Shown here in pieces: positions 1-13,700 of a stretch of DNA of 64,000 nucleotides. How positions within the stretch are numbered: the stretch's first letter is position 1; the number at the start of each line of letters is the position of its first letter. Below the pieces are notes generated by a model. It was not told where the DNA came from. It saw only the letters and a program-made list of their open reading frames with translations, and searched no databases. The stretch covers positions 50,649-114,648 of the forward strand of contig CBFFRP010000398.1 in assembly GCA_965644295.1 (NCBI GenBank). Direction: 5' to 3'. The DNA comes from Paraphysomonas bandaiensis. Taxonomy: Eukaryota > Protista > Chrysophyceae. The translations under genes and the position numbers were made by a program.

Positions 1-1640
1 AGGAGGACGGATTGAGCCTGTATGAGCTGCAGGAGTTTGTGAATGTATCGTTTGGAGATGCGTGTGATGGGCGGATCGATGCTTCTAAGATAGGATGGGA
101 GTATACGAGCGATAGACGCGGTGGACATGTACTGTTTGTTGAGAATCCGAAGACTGGATTGTTAGTAGAAACTCCGATAGAGGGTCAAGCTCCGACGCCA
201 GGTGTGGAAGATGAAGAAGATGACGAAGAGGTGGGCACAAGAGATACATGTAGTTTGTATTGACAGCTATACCTTGAGTAGACTCCATTGGTTCCGGGAG
301 TAGCACCGCGGGGAGGTGTTGATGCAGCTCTACAACAGGCTACGGGTCCTACTACACCCATGCAGGCTGTGTATATGTTCATGCAGGTGTGTTTGTCGTT
401 AGTCATGACTTTTATATGTATACTACGTACGTTTAGTATGTCGTAGCTAGATTTTAGGTACACATATGAGAATGTTTAATGCAGGGTGTGTTGGCGGGTT
501 TCTCTCTAGCCTTAGTGTACACAATTTCTGAGGTACCGCTGATATATTAAAAAAACATTCTTACCACTGATAATACTGCAGGCTTCCAATGACAGGGATT
601 TACTACTTGACTATCAGCCCTCAGCCAGTGAGAGCAGGTAATTCATGGACTGTACTTCATGCAATTACGGTGGTGTTATAAGTGTCATGTAGACGGTTTT
701 TCTTCATAATTAGTTGCGCCTCCCTGGTGGGGGCTTTGGATGCCCTTATCCATTCATTCTATCTCCAGCGTACACTCTCTTTGTACGCATCTCAGGCTGA
801 TGGTGGAACTAGCAGTCGTAGCAAGCTTTCATCAATGCGGGATCTATACTCGCGCCAGCAGCAGGATAGAGGGCTAGTTGCGTGGGAAACATTGATGTTC
901 CCGTTAGCAGCGTGGACTTTCTTGTGTTTCTCGTTGTGCTTCCTTGCGGTGCTTATTATGGGCGCAGCGGTACGAATATTTGACCGCGCAGCTCTTTCTC
1001 TATTTCATTTTTGGGGTATTAGGAAGTCCTTATCGCCAATAAGAACGGATATTCACCTCCTGATGACTCTACAGAAGATGCAGATGCGTGGGTGGAGGAT
1101 GCCCTAGATGACAGCCTTTTCAGCGATAGATTTGAGCTTTGGAAAGATTTAGCTTCTGTAAGAGTCTGTTTTGCTCTCCTGGGGTGGATGGGGTGGGTTT
1201 TTATTTGATCTATTATGTTGCGTTCTGATAGATATACAGGAGCTGTCTCGTGGTGCTCATACAGCACTTTCTCGGGGGAAAGAGAGAAGATGACATCAAG
1301 AGGTATGTTGAGTGTATGTTGAATATACTATTTTTAAAAGCTCCCTGCAGGCTGTACGACCATATATCAGGCCTCAAACAACGGATTTCAGGTTTCTACT
1401 TCAATCACTTTTTGTTTCCTTTAACCTGCTTGTTGCCAGCTTTACAAGGTGATAAATTTGAGTCTAGTATATCTCCATCTGACCTTAGGCGACTTCTCGC
1501 TATACAAAAGGTACTAATACGCGAGATCGCAATATCAGTCATATTTTAAATGGTATATACTTTTGTAGTTGGGGGTTCAGAGGACGGAATCTGCCTTGGC
1601 TACGTTACAGCAGGCAGATGATGATTCCCAGAAATCGTAG
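1..1640 (+). CDS. TMEM237-like ciliary transition-zone membrane protein (5'-partial, multi-exon)
   Basis: Spliced reading gives ...YMFMQ|GVLAGFSLALVYTISE|ASNDRDLLLDYQPSASESR|RFFFIISCASLVGALD...FELWKDLASVRVCFALLGWM, resembling the TMEM237 transmembrane domain. Stop TAG at 1638-1640; short GT-AG introns. Confidence 0.6.
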
Positions 1641-2748
1641 TTGTTGCGTTATATATGTATAATCGTGTACTGTTTATGTCTAGGAAATCTTATGGCCTCT
1701 TAAGTTGTATTGTAGATTAAATGTAAACGCATATTATTATTATTGTCTGTACCCTTTTGCTATTAATGGTTATTACAAGATGATTGTAATAGAAATATGG
1801 AAAATATTCCCCGTTTGCATTGAAATATACTCTTATGCTAACCGCTATATATGAAATTGACGTTGTCGAAAAAATTGATGACAGAAACTCGTGGATTGAA
1901 CTTTCAATCATTATAGCTGCGCATTACAGTGATGAGAGCAATCGAAAGCAAAGTATTTGAAATATAACGTTATGACTGTTACATGAAGAATACAGTAGTG
2001 ACACAACATACAACTCGGCCTCCTTAAAGGTTTATTTGCTAAAGAAATATAGCACTTTTTCGAGAACTACAACCCTTATATGAAGACAGATCACTTGCAC
2101 TGACCTCATTATGCTCTTCTACAGCAGTCGAAGGATGGAATATAACTTGGAGTTAGATGATCTGCCCTTGATATTTGGCTCATGATTGTGGTTTCTCTAT
2201 AACTGTGTACTATAATGAAATCACGTACATTCGACTGTCATTATCATAATAGGGATAGAAGTGAGCTTCTGTTCAACCGAATATTGAAGTTGAATGTCTA
2301 TATTTGCCCGGTGGTGATATGAGCGCCCTGTTGAGCCCAAATCAGGTCAAAAAAACGCATTTTTCGAGACAAAATGGGGATATATCTCATAGTACAATTA
2401 TCTTGTATTCGTTTCCTAAATCTAATTCTTTATCTGATTTTGAGGGTGAATCCCACTACATATCAAAAATACTGCGAGTCAATTAAAAAAGCTACATTGT
2501 ATTGACAAAAACAAGGTCAATGATGTTCAGTAAAATTCTATACGGGACGATAGCTTTTTAATTAACATATTTTTTTAAAAGCATACGCTAAAGCTGTCCA
2601 ATGGTCAAATTCGTTCGCTTTATACAATACTGATTATATATCATGCTTATCACATTGTGATTTTCCTTTAAAAAGAATCAAGTAAATAAAACAGTTTGAG
2701 GTCTAATTGCAATCAAATACACCGTAGAGCATGCAGACATGGGAGTTA

Positions 2749-4351
2749 TTAGAGCTCATCCTCACTTTCACTAAGCTGGACCGGAATCAAAGTGCTATTT
2801 CCCTCTATTTTGTCGTCCGTCTCCCGCAGCTGCTGCTGCTTTTCAGCTACCTTCCTATCAGACTTTCCCCTGCTCTTCGCCTTCCGTGAAAACACCTCAG
2901 CATCGATGGGCTCTGTCTCTGTGCTGCTCCTGCCTCTTTCTCGCCTGGCTTGAGCTCTTCTATCCGGCATTCCCTTGTGATCGTAAAAAGACGCCTCGGC
3001 CACTGCTATCTTAGAATCTGCGGTCCCATAATAGAGCAGCCATTTGCCACGGAAGAACACTAGGCCTTCCAAAAAGCAAACATTTCCCACCTGCCCCGTT
3101 ATCTCAAAATCCTCAGAGGGCTTGAAAAAAGTTTCTTCCGACCTGCAGCAGCACCGACTCATCATCAGCGGCAAAAGTCGGAAGAATGGGTCACATTACC
3201 TCATCAACACCTTTGAAGGGTCATCCAAAGAAAACAGAACCTGTCCCGCCGAGTAGGTCCCCGGTGCCAAGTTTGGGTCTGCCTCGCCATTCACGCACCG
3301 ATAACCTGGCAGAGACTCACATGCAGTATTCTTAGAATTGTATATAAACAAAATGCCGTCTGGTCGCACGATTGCAGGCGGACCAGGCTCCACTAGATTC
3401 GAATCAAACTTTCCTCGCCTAGGGGAGAGGACAGATAGGGGTTTCTTGGCTGCGGTTGGAAGGTCCATATGGTCTGGTCGACCCCTATACACAGCGTCTG
3501 CATGTTCTGCCATAACAGGCGTCCAGTTGATGAGATCCTGGGATGTAGCGAGATGGAGATCATTTTCCCCCCAGTACATCCAAAAGCTTCCGTTCAGTTT
3601 GGCTGCCACAAGCCGTCCATCTGGCATGGGGTGCGAAACTATGGAACCCGATTTAGTCCAAGCATTCAAGTAAGAGCCCCCAAATGCTTTTCCAAATGCT
3701 GGCCCATGCTTTGTCCAGTGGAATAAATCACTACTGGTTGCAACACACAATCGGGCTGTACCATCATATGAGGTATACGTCATCACGTACCCTCCATCTG
3801 GAGATTCCACCACTCTCGGATCCTCACACCCACCATCCCATTCAAATTTGTCATTGCGATCCTTCGCGGGGTACAGTACAGGTGATGGGAGGCGATTATT
3901 GAAGCTGACTCCATCCTCGCTCCACGCTATACCGATACGTGAAGTACCAGCATAGCTACCAAGCTATCGGTTCGTAAGATACACTAATCACACACACATC
4001 TCATAACATCACCTTATCCTCTGCCCTATACAGCAAATAAACTTTGTTGTCCTTCACAACAGCCGCAGGATTAAAGACATCCTTCTCCTCCCATCTGACA
4101 TTTTTTCTTCTAACAGGACACTTAAAGACAGACGATGCATTCGGACCCAGCACAGGGTTCACTGCACCCATCTTTGAGAACTCCATCTGCCATGAGTGAT
4201 TTGGGGTCTCTGATTGTATCCTGTGAGTCATTTCAGGGGATAGTATGGTGTTACCTGTGCTAGATGCATACGTACACACGCATCCGTATATAAATAGAAG
4301 AGTAATGACATGAGAGGATTGGAGGGGGGTTGAGAGGACAGATAGGGCCAT
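2749..4351 (-). CDS. Glycoside hydrolase family 130, BT3780-like beta-1,2-mannosidase; probably secreted; 2 introns
   Basis: Motifs VFNPAA, LYRAED, TSRIG, GGCEDPR, WTKSGSIV, MYWGE, FDSNLVEPGPP, YSAGQ, FLEGLV and LYYGTADS are colinear with Bacteroides-type GH130 enzymes. Hydrophobic N-terminus. Introns at ~3965-4011 and ~3143-3198. Confidence 0.88.
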
Positions 4352-4972
4352 AATAGGGAGGTGATTGAGGGTAAAGTGGTGGGGTAGTGGGTTTATTGTA
4401 TGAGAGGGTGATATGCCTATATATGCATATATATATACAGCGATGTGCTCAGTACATACACCGCTGGGACTGTACATACTATGCGGATACAGAGTATACG
4501 AGTGATGCGTGTATGCATTGATGTATAGTATATAGATCGATATACAGTACAGGTGAAATACCAACAGTATTATATATATATACTGTATATACAGAGAATA
4601 CGACCAGCAGCGTAATACATCAAAGTACAGCAAAATACACAGTTAGAGTACAGAGTACAGTGTACTCCTGTATCAGATTGGATAATGTACATCCGCACCT
4701 GTCCTCCAGTACATCTATCTAAATACACATACGTATCCTTCCCTTTCATACATACGCACTTCACCCGCAGTCTCAACTCACCTACTCCAATTAGACGTAT
4801 GGACATGTCCACATACGCCCATTCACTCCTCAAATTTTCAGCAGTGTGTTAATATCCACATACCCAAATATTAAAATATTAAAAAATTCAATCCATGCAA
4901 ATCTTTCAAGAAATCCACTCAGTTCATCTCTCATTATTTCACCCTCCTCAAGGATAGAAGAACTCTATTGCA

Positions 4973-6526
4973 ATGAGTACTGAAGCAGCAGGCAGTACAG
5001 ATCAAGTGGATAAGTACTCCACACCTCCTCAGAAGACTCCTCTCGATATCTTCTTTACATACTTGAAGTACATCGTATCCTCTGGGCTCACTTTGACTTA
5101 TGTCGTCTACATCTTATGGGGCATATGGACCAATCAGGCGGTGTTGCCTGGCCCGCCTATCGCCCACTTCTTGATCTTTTTGTTCTGTATGACTCTTGTG
5201 GCGTATCTTGAGGGATTACAAGTGGCTATCTTAGCCGTTGAACACACTGATCCAGAGAAGTATCGGGAAACTCATCCACGTGCCTACGAGCTCATTACAT
5301 CAGTCAAGAGGGGTAATAATGTTGAAAAGTTTCTGGTTGGACGTCAGTTCTTCACAGTATTTGTTATGACTCTCATGGCACAAGTGACCAGTTTCCCTAA
5401 TATCTCTTCTCTTGGAATCCCACCAGTGATTTGGTTTATCTTCATTCAGACTGGTCTGCCTGGTGCAATGGTAGTTACCACTATTGGCTCACTTCAGCCC
5501 CAGCTGTTGGCTGCCAAGGACCCTTGGAAGTTTATGAATCTGTACGGGTCATGCGCGACTCTCTACCTTTGCTATGGTTTGGAGTTCACTGGTATCTGCA
5601 CACACTTCGCCTGGATGCTCATTACGATCCTACGCAACACCGTCTTCATCACGGATCAGAAACCCAAGAAGCACCAGAGGGAAGTCACTCTTCAAAGCCA
5701 ACTCATTGAGGCTGCTAAGTATGTGGTTTCCACATGCGTTATCCTAACTTACATGACCTACCTCATGTGGGGTATCTGGACTGGCCAGGCTGTGCTCCCT
5801 GTTCCTCACATTGCTGTCTTTATTGTCTTCTGCTGTTGTATTCTCTTTCTTGCTCACCTGGAGGGACTGCAGGTGGCGATATTGGTTGCAGAGGCAAAGG
5901 ACCCTGAGCCGTATGCTCAGAGTTATCCTCGCGCATACTCGCTCATGAAGAGAGCCACTTACGAAAAAAATGTCCGCCGATTCTTAATTGGAAGACAGTT
6001 TTTTGTCATCTTCGTAGTCTTTCTTATCAATCAGTGTACTATTTTCCCAGAAATTTCTAAATTGGGAATCAACAACGGTGTCTGGTTTGTGTTCGTCCAG
6101 CTGGGATTCCCAACCGCCCTCAACATCCTCTGTTTTGCTCAGCTTCCCGCTCAACTGCTCGGTAATCAGGATCCTTGGTTGTTTATGAACCGATATGGTC
6201 CCCGCTTCACTTTAGAGGTATGTCTTTTTACCGAGATGACTGGTTTGGCCCATTTCAGTTGGGTTGCTACATCTTTCTCCAAGGCTACTTGGTTCCCTAT
6301 TACTGTCAGCGCAATCTCTGAGATTGAGCAATACAAAGACCTAGAAAGCATTAAGACACCTAATGCAGCCACAGATGAGGTCACCTCAGCAGCTCCAACT
6401 TCAACTGTCCAGGATTACAACAGCGTTCCTGAGGCAGATCTTGCTACCGAGGAACTCGATATGGAAATGCATTCCAACCTTGGGCGATTTTTAAAGTCAT
6501 TTAGGCTTCCTACAGCCAGGAACTAA
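4973..6526 (+). CDS. SIT: Silicon (silicic acid) transporter, full-length two-repeat type, intronless
   Basis: 517-aa polytopic membrane ORF with two EGLQ and two GRQ motifs (the four GXQ motifs of SITs) in two homologous halves. Confidence 0.93.
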   Translation: MSTEAAGSTDQVDKYSTPPQKTPLDIFFTYLKYIVSSGLTLTYVVYILWGIWTNQAVLPGPPIAHFLIFLFCMTLVAYLEGLQVAILAVEHTDPEKYRETHPRAYELITSVKRGNNVEKFLVGRQFFTVFVMTLMAQVTSFPNISSLGIPPVIWFIFIQTGLPGAMVVTTIGSLQPQLLAAKDPWKFMNLYGSCATLYLCYGLEFTGICTHFAWMLITILRNTVFITDQKPKKHQREVTLQSQLIEAAKYVVSTCVILTYMTYLMWGIWTGQAVLPVPHIAVFIVFCCCILFLAHLEGLQVAILVAEAKDPEPYAQSYPRAYSLMKRATYEKNVRRFLIGRQFFVIFVVFLINQCTIFPEISKLGINNGVWFVFVQLGFPTALNILCFAQLPAQLLGNQDPWLFMNRYGPRFTLEVCLFTEMTGLAHFSWVATSFSKATWFPITVSAISEIEQYKDLESIKTPNAATDEVTSAAPTSTVQDYNSVPEADLATEELDMEMHSNLGRFLKSFRLPTARN

Positions 6527-7758
6527 TGTGGTACACATGAGTACTATTTGTTGTGCAAGTTTATTACAAATTCACTGGTAATTTGCTTTACGTAGAGCAG
6601 AATTCGATGTCATTCCGATATTGTCTGAAGTTTTGTTGATTGCGTGAAATAAGAATAACAATCTATACATATTCCATAAAGTCATTTCATTCTTTCGATT
6701 TTAATAAACCTGACGGATAAAGCACTTGGGACATAATCTGCAATATAACTTTGTACCAAAAGAGGACTTAGGTCGTTTTAGTTCTTAGGTTTTACCACAA
6801 AGTTAAAACGCTACTAAGATGAGCATTTACCGTATCCGTATTGTGCTATATATGTAAAATGTATTTTCATGATCAATAATTGCTATTACCATAGCATATA
6901 TCTCCACCTTAATTGTAAATAAAATTTTAAACACTTTACGTTTTATAAAGTAACAATATATACGAAATACCTATCATGTATTAGTTTCCTTCCTAGAAGT
7001 GGACGTCGAAGCCGCGAAATCGCATTAGAATTTGACAAAAGAGCGAAAAGAGTTATTTTAGTGAAAGTATCCAAGAGTTATATATATTAATAAATAATAA
7101 TAAGTATTAAATATGCTGTCAGTCAAGAATTATTCATCAGAAGCATGTACTGATAATGCAATAAAATAACAGGCAATCATGAATCCACTGTTTACTGTTT
7201 AAAAGGGGCCCAATTTACTAACGCCAATACAGTTTCTTTTTTTCCTTGCTATCATGTGTACATGTGTGAATTGATGACATCCTAGTGTAGTGCATAGTGT
7301 ACAAGATTTTGTCAGTGGAAATCACTGCTAAAATGATTTCTAATAAACATTTAGCATCATTTAATTCCTCTGATGAAGTAGAAAGTATTATACATTCATT
7401 TATATTATACTATACAATTTCCTTAGCCAGTTCATCAGGAATAATCTGCTGAACAGTATACTCAACTTGCCCTTTTCTTTTACCAATAATTAGATGTGTG
7501 AAAATATACTGAATGAGAATCATAATGTTTAAATGGGTTGGATACTACTGTTCTGGGTAGTAAACTGGCAATGCATGTATTTCTAAGCAAGGTAGAGATA
7601 ATTTTAACGTGCAAGCAGAGCGACCATTGTGCCATGAAAAACTGTCATTATATGAATTTATGTATCAATTGTGAGGTAAACGAATGCAAAATAACTAGCT
7701 ACATCACTTCTAATGGAGGTTCTAAGCATCATTACAGCTAGTCGGAGCAACACTAAAA

Positions 7759-10700
7759 TCAGTCTACTTGATTGAGTGATTGCTGCACACTAGTGTGTTT
7801 GCTCGGTGTGTTAGATTTGGCGTGAGCCATAACTTGCTGGAGCTCAACTGGTGTCAAGTGATCCAACTTGCCAGGTGCCCATCGGCTGACAAACCCTTGC
7901 GTATCTCCGACTAGGAGCTCATACATGTTCTCCCCTTCGTACACTCGTGGCAATAGAGGTTTAGACTTGTTAAATACAGCTGGAGATAGCTTCAAGGAGC
8001 ATATGTTGACACGGTGTATCTTTGTGAGAGCGTAGGACACAAGCTCTCGGACAACCCTTCTTTCACCATTCTCCCGTTCAACTGTGTTGACCTTTAGCTT
8101 CCAGAGGTACACATACCCGTTGTCATGCCCAGTGACAGCCACTACGCCATCTTGCCAGTCTCCAGACGGAGGACACAATACCACCCTCGCTCGGTGCTTC
8201 ACTGCTGACTCCTCAATCATGCTTGCAGACGATAAGAGCTCTCCGTTGAGGGAGTACAGCCGTAATTCCCCAGCAGTGAGTGTAACAATGTTTCCACTAA
8301 TGCTGTTCACACCAACAGATATGACAGGCCCAGAATGATGGCCAAGTACACGAAGCAACTTCGAGCCACGAAGGTCCCATACCATAGCAGTCCTATCTTC
8401 CGAACCAGAAACAACCACAGAGAAATTTACACATATTGTGACACATAAAATAGAGCCATCATGTCCACATAAGGTCATCTGTAATATGAACACAGACATA
8501 ATTACAAGAATATGTATGACATCGGAAGCACACACACCAGATGCTCTAATCTTCTATTTCCAGAAAGCTTTTGAAACTTCCACACCCTGATGGATCTATC
8601 TTCTCCTCCTACGAAATATTGCTGAGTGTGACCATCAATACATACTTGTGCCCTACCGGTTACAATGGTTTCTCCGTCAGCGCAAACGTCTACACACGAA
8701 ACAGGTCGGAAGTGAAGCTGCTCATGTGTGGATACTTCCCTGTCCACCTCCAGGTGCCTACGTTATCGCAATGTTATTCAGAAGTTGTTAAAATATTGAT
8801 AAACCTTGGTGAGCTCTGAGCAATATGAATCGACACTCCTCCCACAGTCTTTCCGAACCTAATAAATTTAACAAACTTTGGTGGAATCAGTGCACACCCC
8901 TCTGGAACTGCTATTAATCGGTCTCGTGATACAATACGCACGTCGCCAACAGGAAAACACTCCCCTGAGATGGAAGGGCTCAAAACCTGAGCGTAGGACA
9001 CCCTGTTCAGCCACACCATAGACGGGGCACCGACTACACATAGAGGGGGTGTCATTCTCTCGTGCCATTGTGAGCCGGCCGAGTCTACCACACATCCTGC
9101 GTCCGTTCGTTTCACCACATCGGGAACAGTTTTCTTGGGATGGGGTTTCATAAACAATCGGGCAGGAGTTTGCCCGAAGTTATTGATTTGAGCGAGTGTA
9201 GCTTCTCGCAACATGGGGTCTGTAATTGCATCGATATTCACTTCCCCCTCATATGTCAGAGGAATAAATACATTCATTGCATTCTCAGCGGCTTGTCCAC
9301 GCTGCTTGTACCCGAATATCAAATCTATCCAATTGTGAAGGTTCTCACTGACGTGTTTGCTCTCTAGCGCCTGTCGGTGGCGACGAATGAATTCAATTGC
9401 ATCACCCGCAGCCCAGGCAGGAAGCTGAACATCATCAACTTTCTCACCCTTCTGAGTTTCTCCGAATTCAAACCTGTTAGCATTTATCAGGAATTCCGGC
9501 AAGAAATAAAACTCAGGGATTAGTTCGCGCACATCTTGCAAATTATCCTGAGATGCACTCAACCAACTGTGCTCTAAAGCCTTAAAGAGTCTATCAGGCT
9601 TATCGAACTGACCACCTTGAAGAGAAATCGCCATTCGAGCGTATGGCTGGATTCGCATTAGATAGTAAAGCACATACCCCGCACATGAGTAGTGTGTGCC
9701 ATAAAAGAAGGGTGGCGTACATCCCTCTACTCCCTCCTTGTAGAAGTCGTCCATAGTTCGGAATCTCTCAGCGTACTGCTGGGCTCGTTTGTCTCCCAAG
9801 GCCCCCATAGGCCGAGATAAGTCTCTATACGAAGCAGGGTTGTTTAAATTTAGTGTTTGGCTCTCATAGTCAGCCAAAACCCAAGGGAAAACAGGGTACT
9901 GGGTAAGATCCTGGAAAGACCGACCAGCGGCGTAGTTCAGATGCATTAGATACTCCAGGTTACTGATACATCCTTTCTGCCAGAGCTTGGTCACATTCGA
10001 TAAAAAATAAGCCATCAGTCGTTTGTACATGAATAGCCCGCCTGCAATCTGTAAATTTTTCATTCCTACTTTGTAAAATATACTCTGCGGCATATTCATC
10101 TCCAGCAACCTTTTAAGAGTTGATTCACATTCCTAAATGACGTGTCATAAACGAAGTAGCGTAAACATAGACGTAGACATACCACTACACTATCGCAGGC
10201 AAATAGCAAGCTGCTGCCATAGATATCCGTCACCTCCATCGCGACATTCTGTAACTGATACCTCCTCTTAAAAATAGTGTACACCTATGTTATCACATTA
10301 TATATAACCACAGCATACAATGGGTTAAAACCTGATCCAAGGGCATCCTGTAATACCCATAGTCCACATGCAGCAGTTGATACCACACTTTAGTCAGCCA
10401 TTGGTTCTCCTTCTCCAAACTAGCGTCGCTATCACTGGGACACGCTTTATTTTTGCTTGCTCGGCTTTCAGTACTTTCTTTTACAGGCAAGTCGATGGTC
10501 CCTGACACACTGGCTACGACTTCTGCTGGGGAGAGGATCACCTTCTCCACAGCTTTATATTGACTGACTACCTCTGTCCATTCCAGTCTCCTGGATGAAC
10601 CCTCGCCATACACTTTAAATCCATCTAGGACATGTACATTTGATGGTGTAAGTACCAGCATGGCCCCTCGAGCTTCTAGTCCACACACCCTAAACAGAAT

Positions 10701-13700
10701 ATAAAGTTCACACGACATAAAAAAATGTACCTATACCTAGATATATTTATGCAATGGCCACTATCCCATTCCTCAACTCCAATTATTCCACGAACTATTT
10801 CAATTAGCATTATATTTATCCGAGAGGACCTCTCGTCAGCAACGGATGGTTTGTACAGAGCAGGTACAGAATACCCAGACTGTTTGCTCATATGCAAGGG
10901 TGCCTCCTCGGCAAACGCATGAGAACCACCAGGTGGAGACCCAGACGTCTCACCCGTGTGCGAGTTACTATCCTCTCCATCTTTGTATACAACAGACCGA
11001 ACTGCATCGGGAAAAGCCATCGCCGCAGAAAATAGCTTTCCCGATATTCTCTTCTTGAAGGGAGACGGTGCTGGACTGCGGTCATGAGTAATTTCATCAG
11101 ACGCTGAGGCACTAATAGATGTGGCGTCGCGCTTTTCTGGTGCATCCAACATATCGGTAACACGGTCATCGTATTCTGCGTCATCTATGTCTTCGTCTTC
11201 GTCATCGTTGCCGTCATCCTCCTGCATTAATTCCTCGATATCCGCAAACTGGGAGCTATACTGTACATCGACTTCGTCAGCATTCGAATTGCTGCTTTTA
11301 CGCAGATACTTGTTTTGAGACATACGCTTGAACAACTCCTCCATATCTACCTCTTCTTTCAAGTGCACCTGCTCAGCCTCCTTTTCATATTCAACCCCAC
11401 TAGAAATTTCATTTTGTGTATCAGTTGGATCTCCATGGCCGACTACGTTCTCGTCCACGTTGACATCATTTCCACTACTCATCACCTCATCGTCGTAGTC
11501 TTGCTCCAAACGCTTTCGTATCTTCTCCGGTCCTTCCCCGAAATCAAGTCGCCAGGAAACCTTTACGTCATCCAGGCACTTCTTCTGGTCAATCGGGGTA
11601 CAGGTGAGACCAGAACTATGCTCTCGCAAGCCAGATTCCTTTGACACTGCACTTTCAGCGACAGAGTAGTTTTCCGGCTTTATACCCCACACCGGGCTCG
11701 ATTGTAGAGACCCCCATACCTGCTTCCAAGAAATACACCCCCTCGCGATAAGGGCAACACCATAAACTAACCAGCGGTGCGTGTTACTGATAATGCCATT
11801 TACTTGTGACGAAAATTCTGCATTCCAGTGGGGCAGCGCAGGCTCATCAGATGAGTGTGCATCAAACTTTATCTTTTCATGAATGAGTTCCCTCACTGAA
11901 GATGTCGCAGACATAATGGACGGCATGGCGACTGCTGTGTTCGTATCAATTGACGTTATCAACTCAGCACATAGTGAGCGATTGTCAGTCAACCAGTACG
12001 AAAATTCAGCAATCCTGGCCTCCTCTCCGTCATAGTCCACATTTGCATTTCGAAGTAGTTTCGCATACATCGATGTTCCTCCGACCGTATCAGGAATGAG
12101 TTTAGCAAACCCGTTGTAAAGAACTAACTCTTGGTTATCTGGAACGTCAGATGTGTCGGTTCCTTTTTTTGTACGTACTGGAGATAACACTTCTAGCATA
12201 AACTGTCTTCTGTGAATCAATAGTGCGGCACAGACTCGCATTGCTTCCGTTCTCATTTTCTGGTCATCATCCAAAAAAAGAGTGTAGGAATTGATCAGCA
12301 TCAAAAGGGAGAACATTTGACTAATTCGACATTTATCCGAATTTGCTACGACCAAAGAAGCTTCAACAGTGTTCGTAGAGCGCTTAGCACCGAGACTACC
12401 ACTTACAGATATTCCTGTGGAAACGCCTGAATCAAATCCAGGCACAACAGTCATGCCATATGCCTCTAACATCAGTAATGGTCCTTTTCTATCATCAACT
12501 TCACGCCTGGATTTCAGCAAAGAGGGGTCTGATACCTCATCAAACACTGGCAAACAAAGCACATGCAAGTTTGCTCGAATAGTTTCGAGTGTGTGTAGAC
12601 GATTATTCCACCCTTCAGCAGTGTTCAGTGCCGAATGAATATTCAACAGAGCGAAGAAGCGTGCGGAAGAACCGATATCTTTCACGAATTGCGAGTGCTT
12701 GTCCAGGAGCCAGTTAGAAGCTTCTGTACTCGCTATGGTTTCTAACGCAAATAGAGAGACTTCCAAGACATCAAAAAGTACAGTATCATGCAGAAGGCGC
12801 GCCCGTGCTATGGGAACCAAAAACGTAAATACATTACACGCAGTCTGTAAGGTTCCCATATCTCTTGGAATACGATCTTCAACATCACATGATGCGAATA
12901 CCATATCTTCAAATACACATTTCAATACTCGCTTTATTTTTTTAAAAAGCAGGACGTGATAGCCACATACGAAAGCCTCTGTTATATGTTTGGGGAAGGC
13001 CAAGAAAAAATTTGCCACAGTTTGAGGGTTCCCATATTTTGTCACTGCACTGTGCAGCACCTTGAACATGATGTCCTCCAAGCTGGTCCCGTCAGGGCTA
13101 AATAAAATAACTTCTGACCACGAAGACGGTGCTGGCGGTTCAGACAACAGACGAACACGAGGGTTGTCTGATACTGGCTTCATATCAACATGGGTACAAG
13201 TCTCGCCGGATTTATCTGTGACCTCCCCGTAGTCGATGGAGATATAGTCTTCCTGGATACTCGCACTCAGGTCCGTATCATCGCCACTGTATATGTGAGA
13301 GCCGTAGTCATCACAAGCGTTGGAGCACATCAAGAGTGTCTTCACCAGAACTTCAATTGCGTTCCTATGCTGCATCAAGTCCCTCATACCATCAAATGAG
13401 TTCGTTGTTAAGGCACGAGATATCATACCACTGATGATAGTGGTTTCCAGACCTAGTGCCTTACCAGCGCTCTGTCGAGCATTCGTTGAGAAACAGCTCA
13501 TTATAATAGAAAATACAGGAATTGTAAAGTCACTGAGATCCGGTTCCAAAGCAAGAGGACCCTGGCATTTCTCCATGAGGTCACCAAGTCCTTGGAGAGT
13601 GACATCATCGGGCATTGGAAGGAACTTCATTGGGATTTGAAAGAGTAGCGCTAACATTGGAAGTACCACCGGTAGAGTGGGAACCTCCGGATCATCGTAT

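Noticed and set aside
2270-2640. Possible DNA-transposon remnant
   Set aside because: No TIR pair or TSD could be established.
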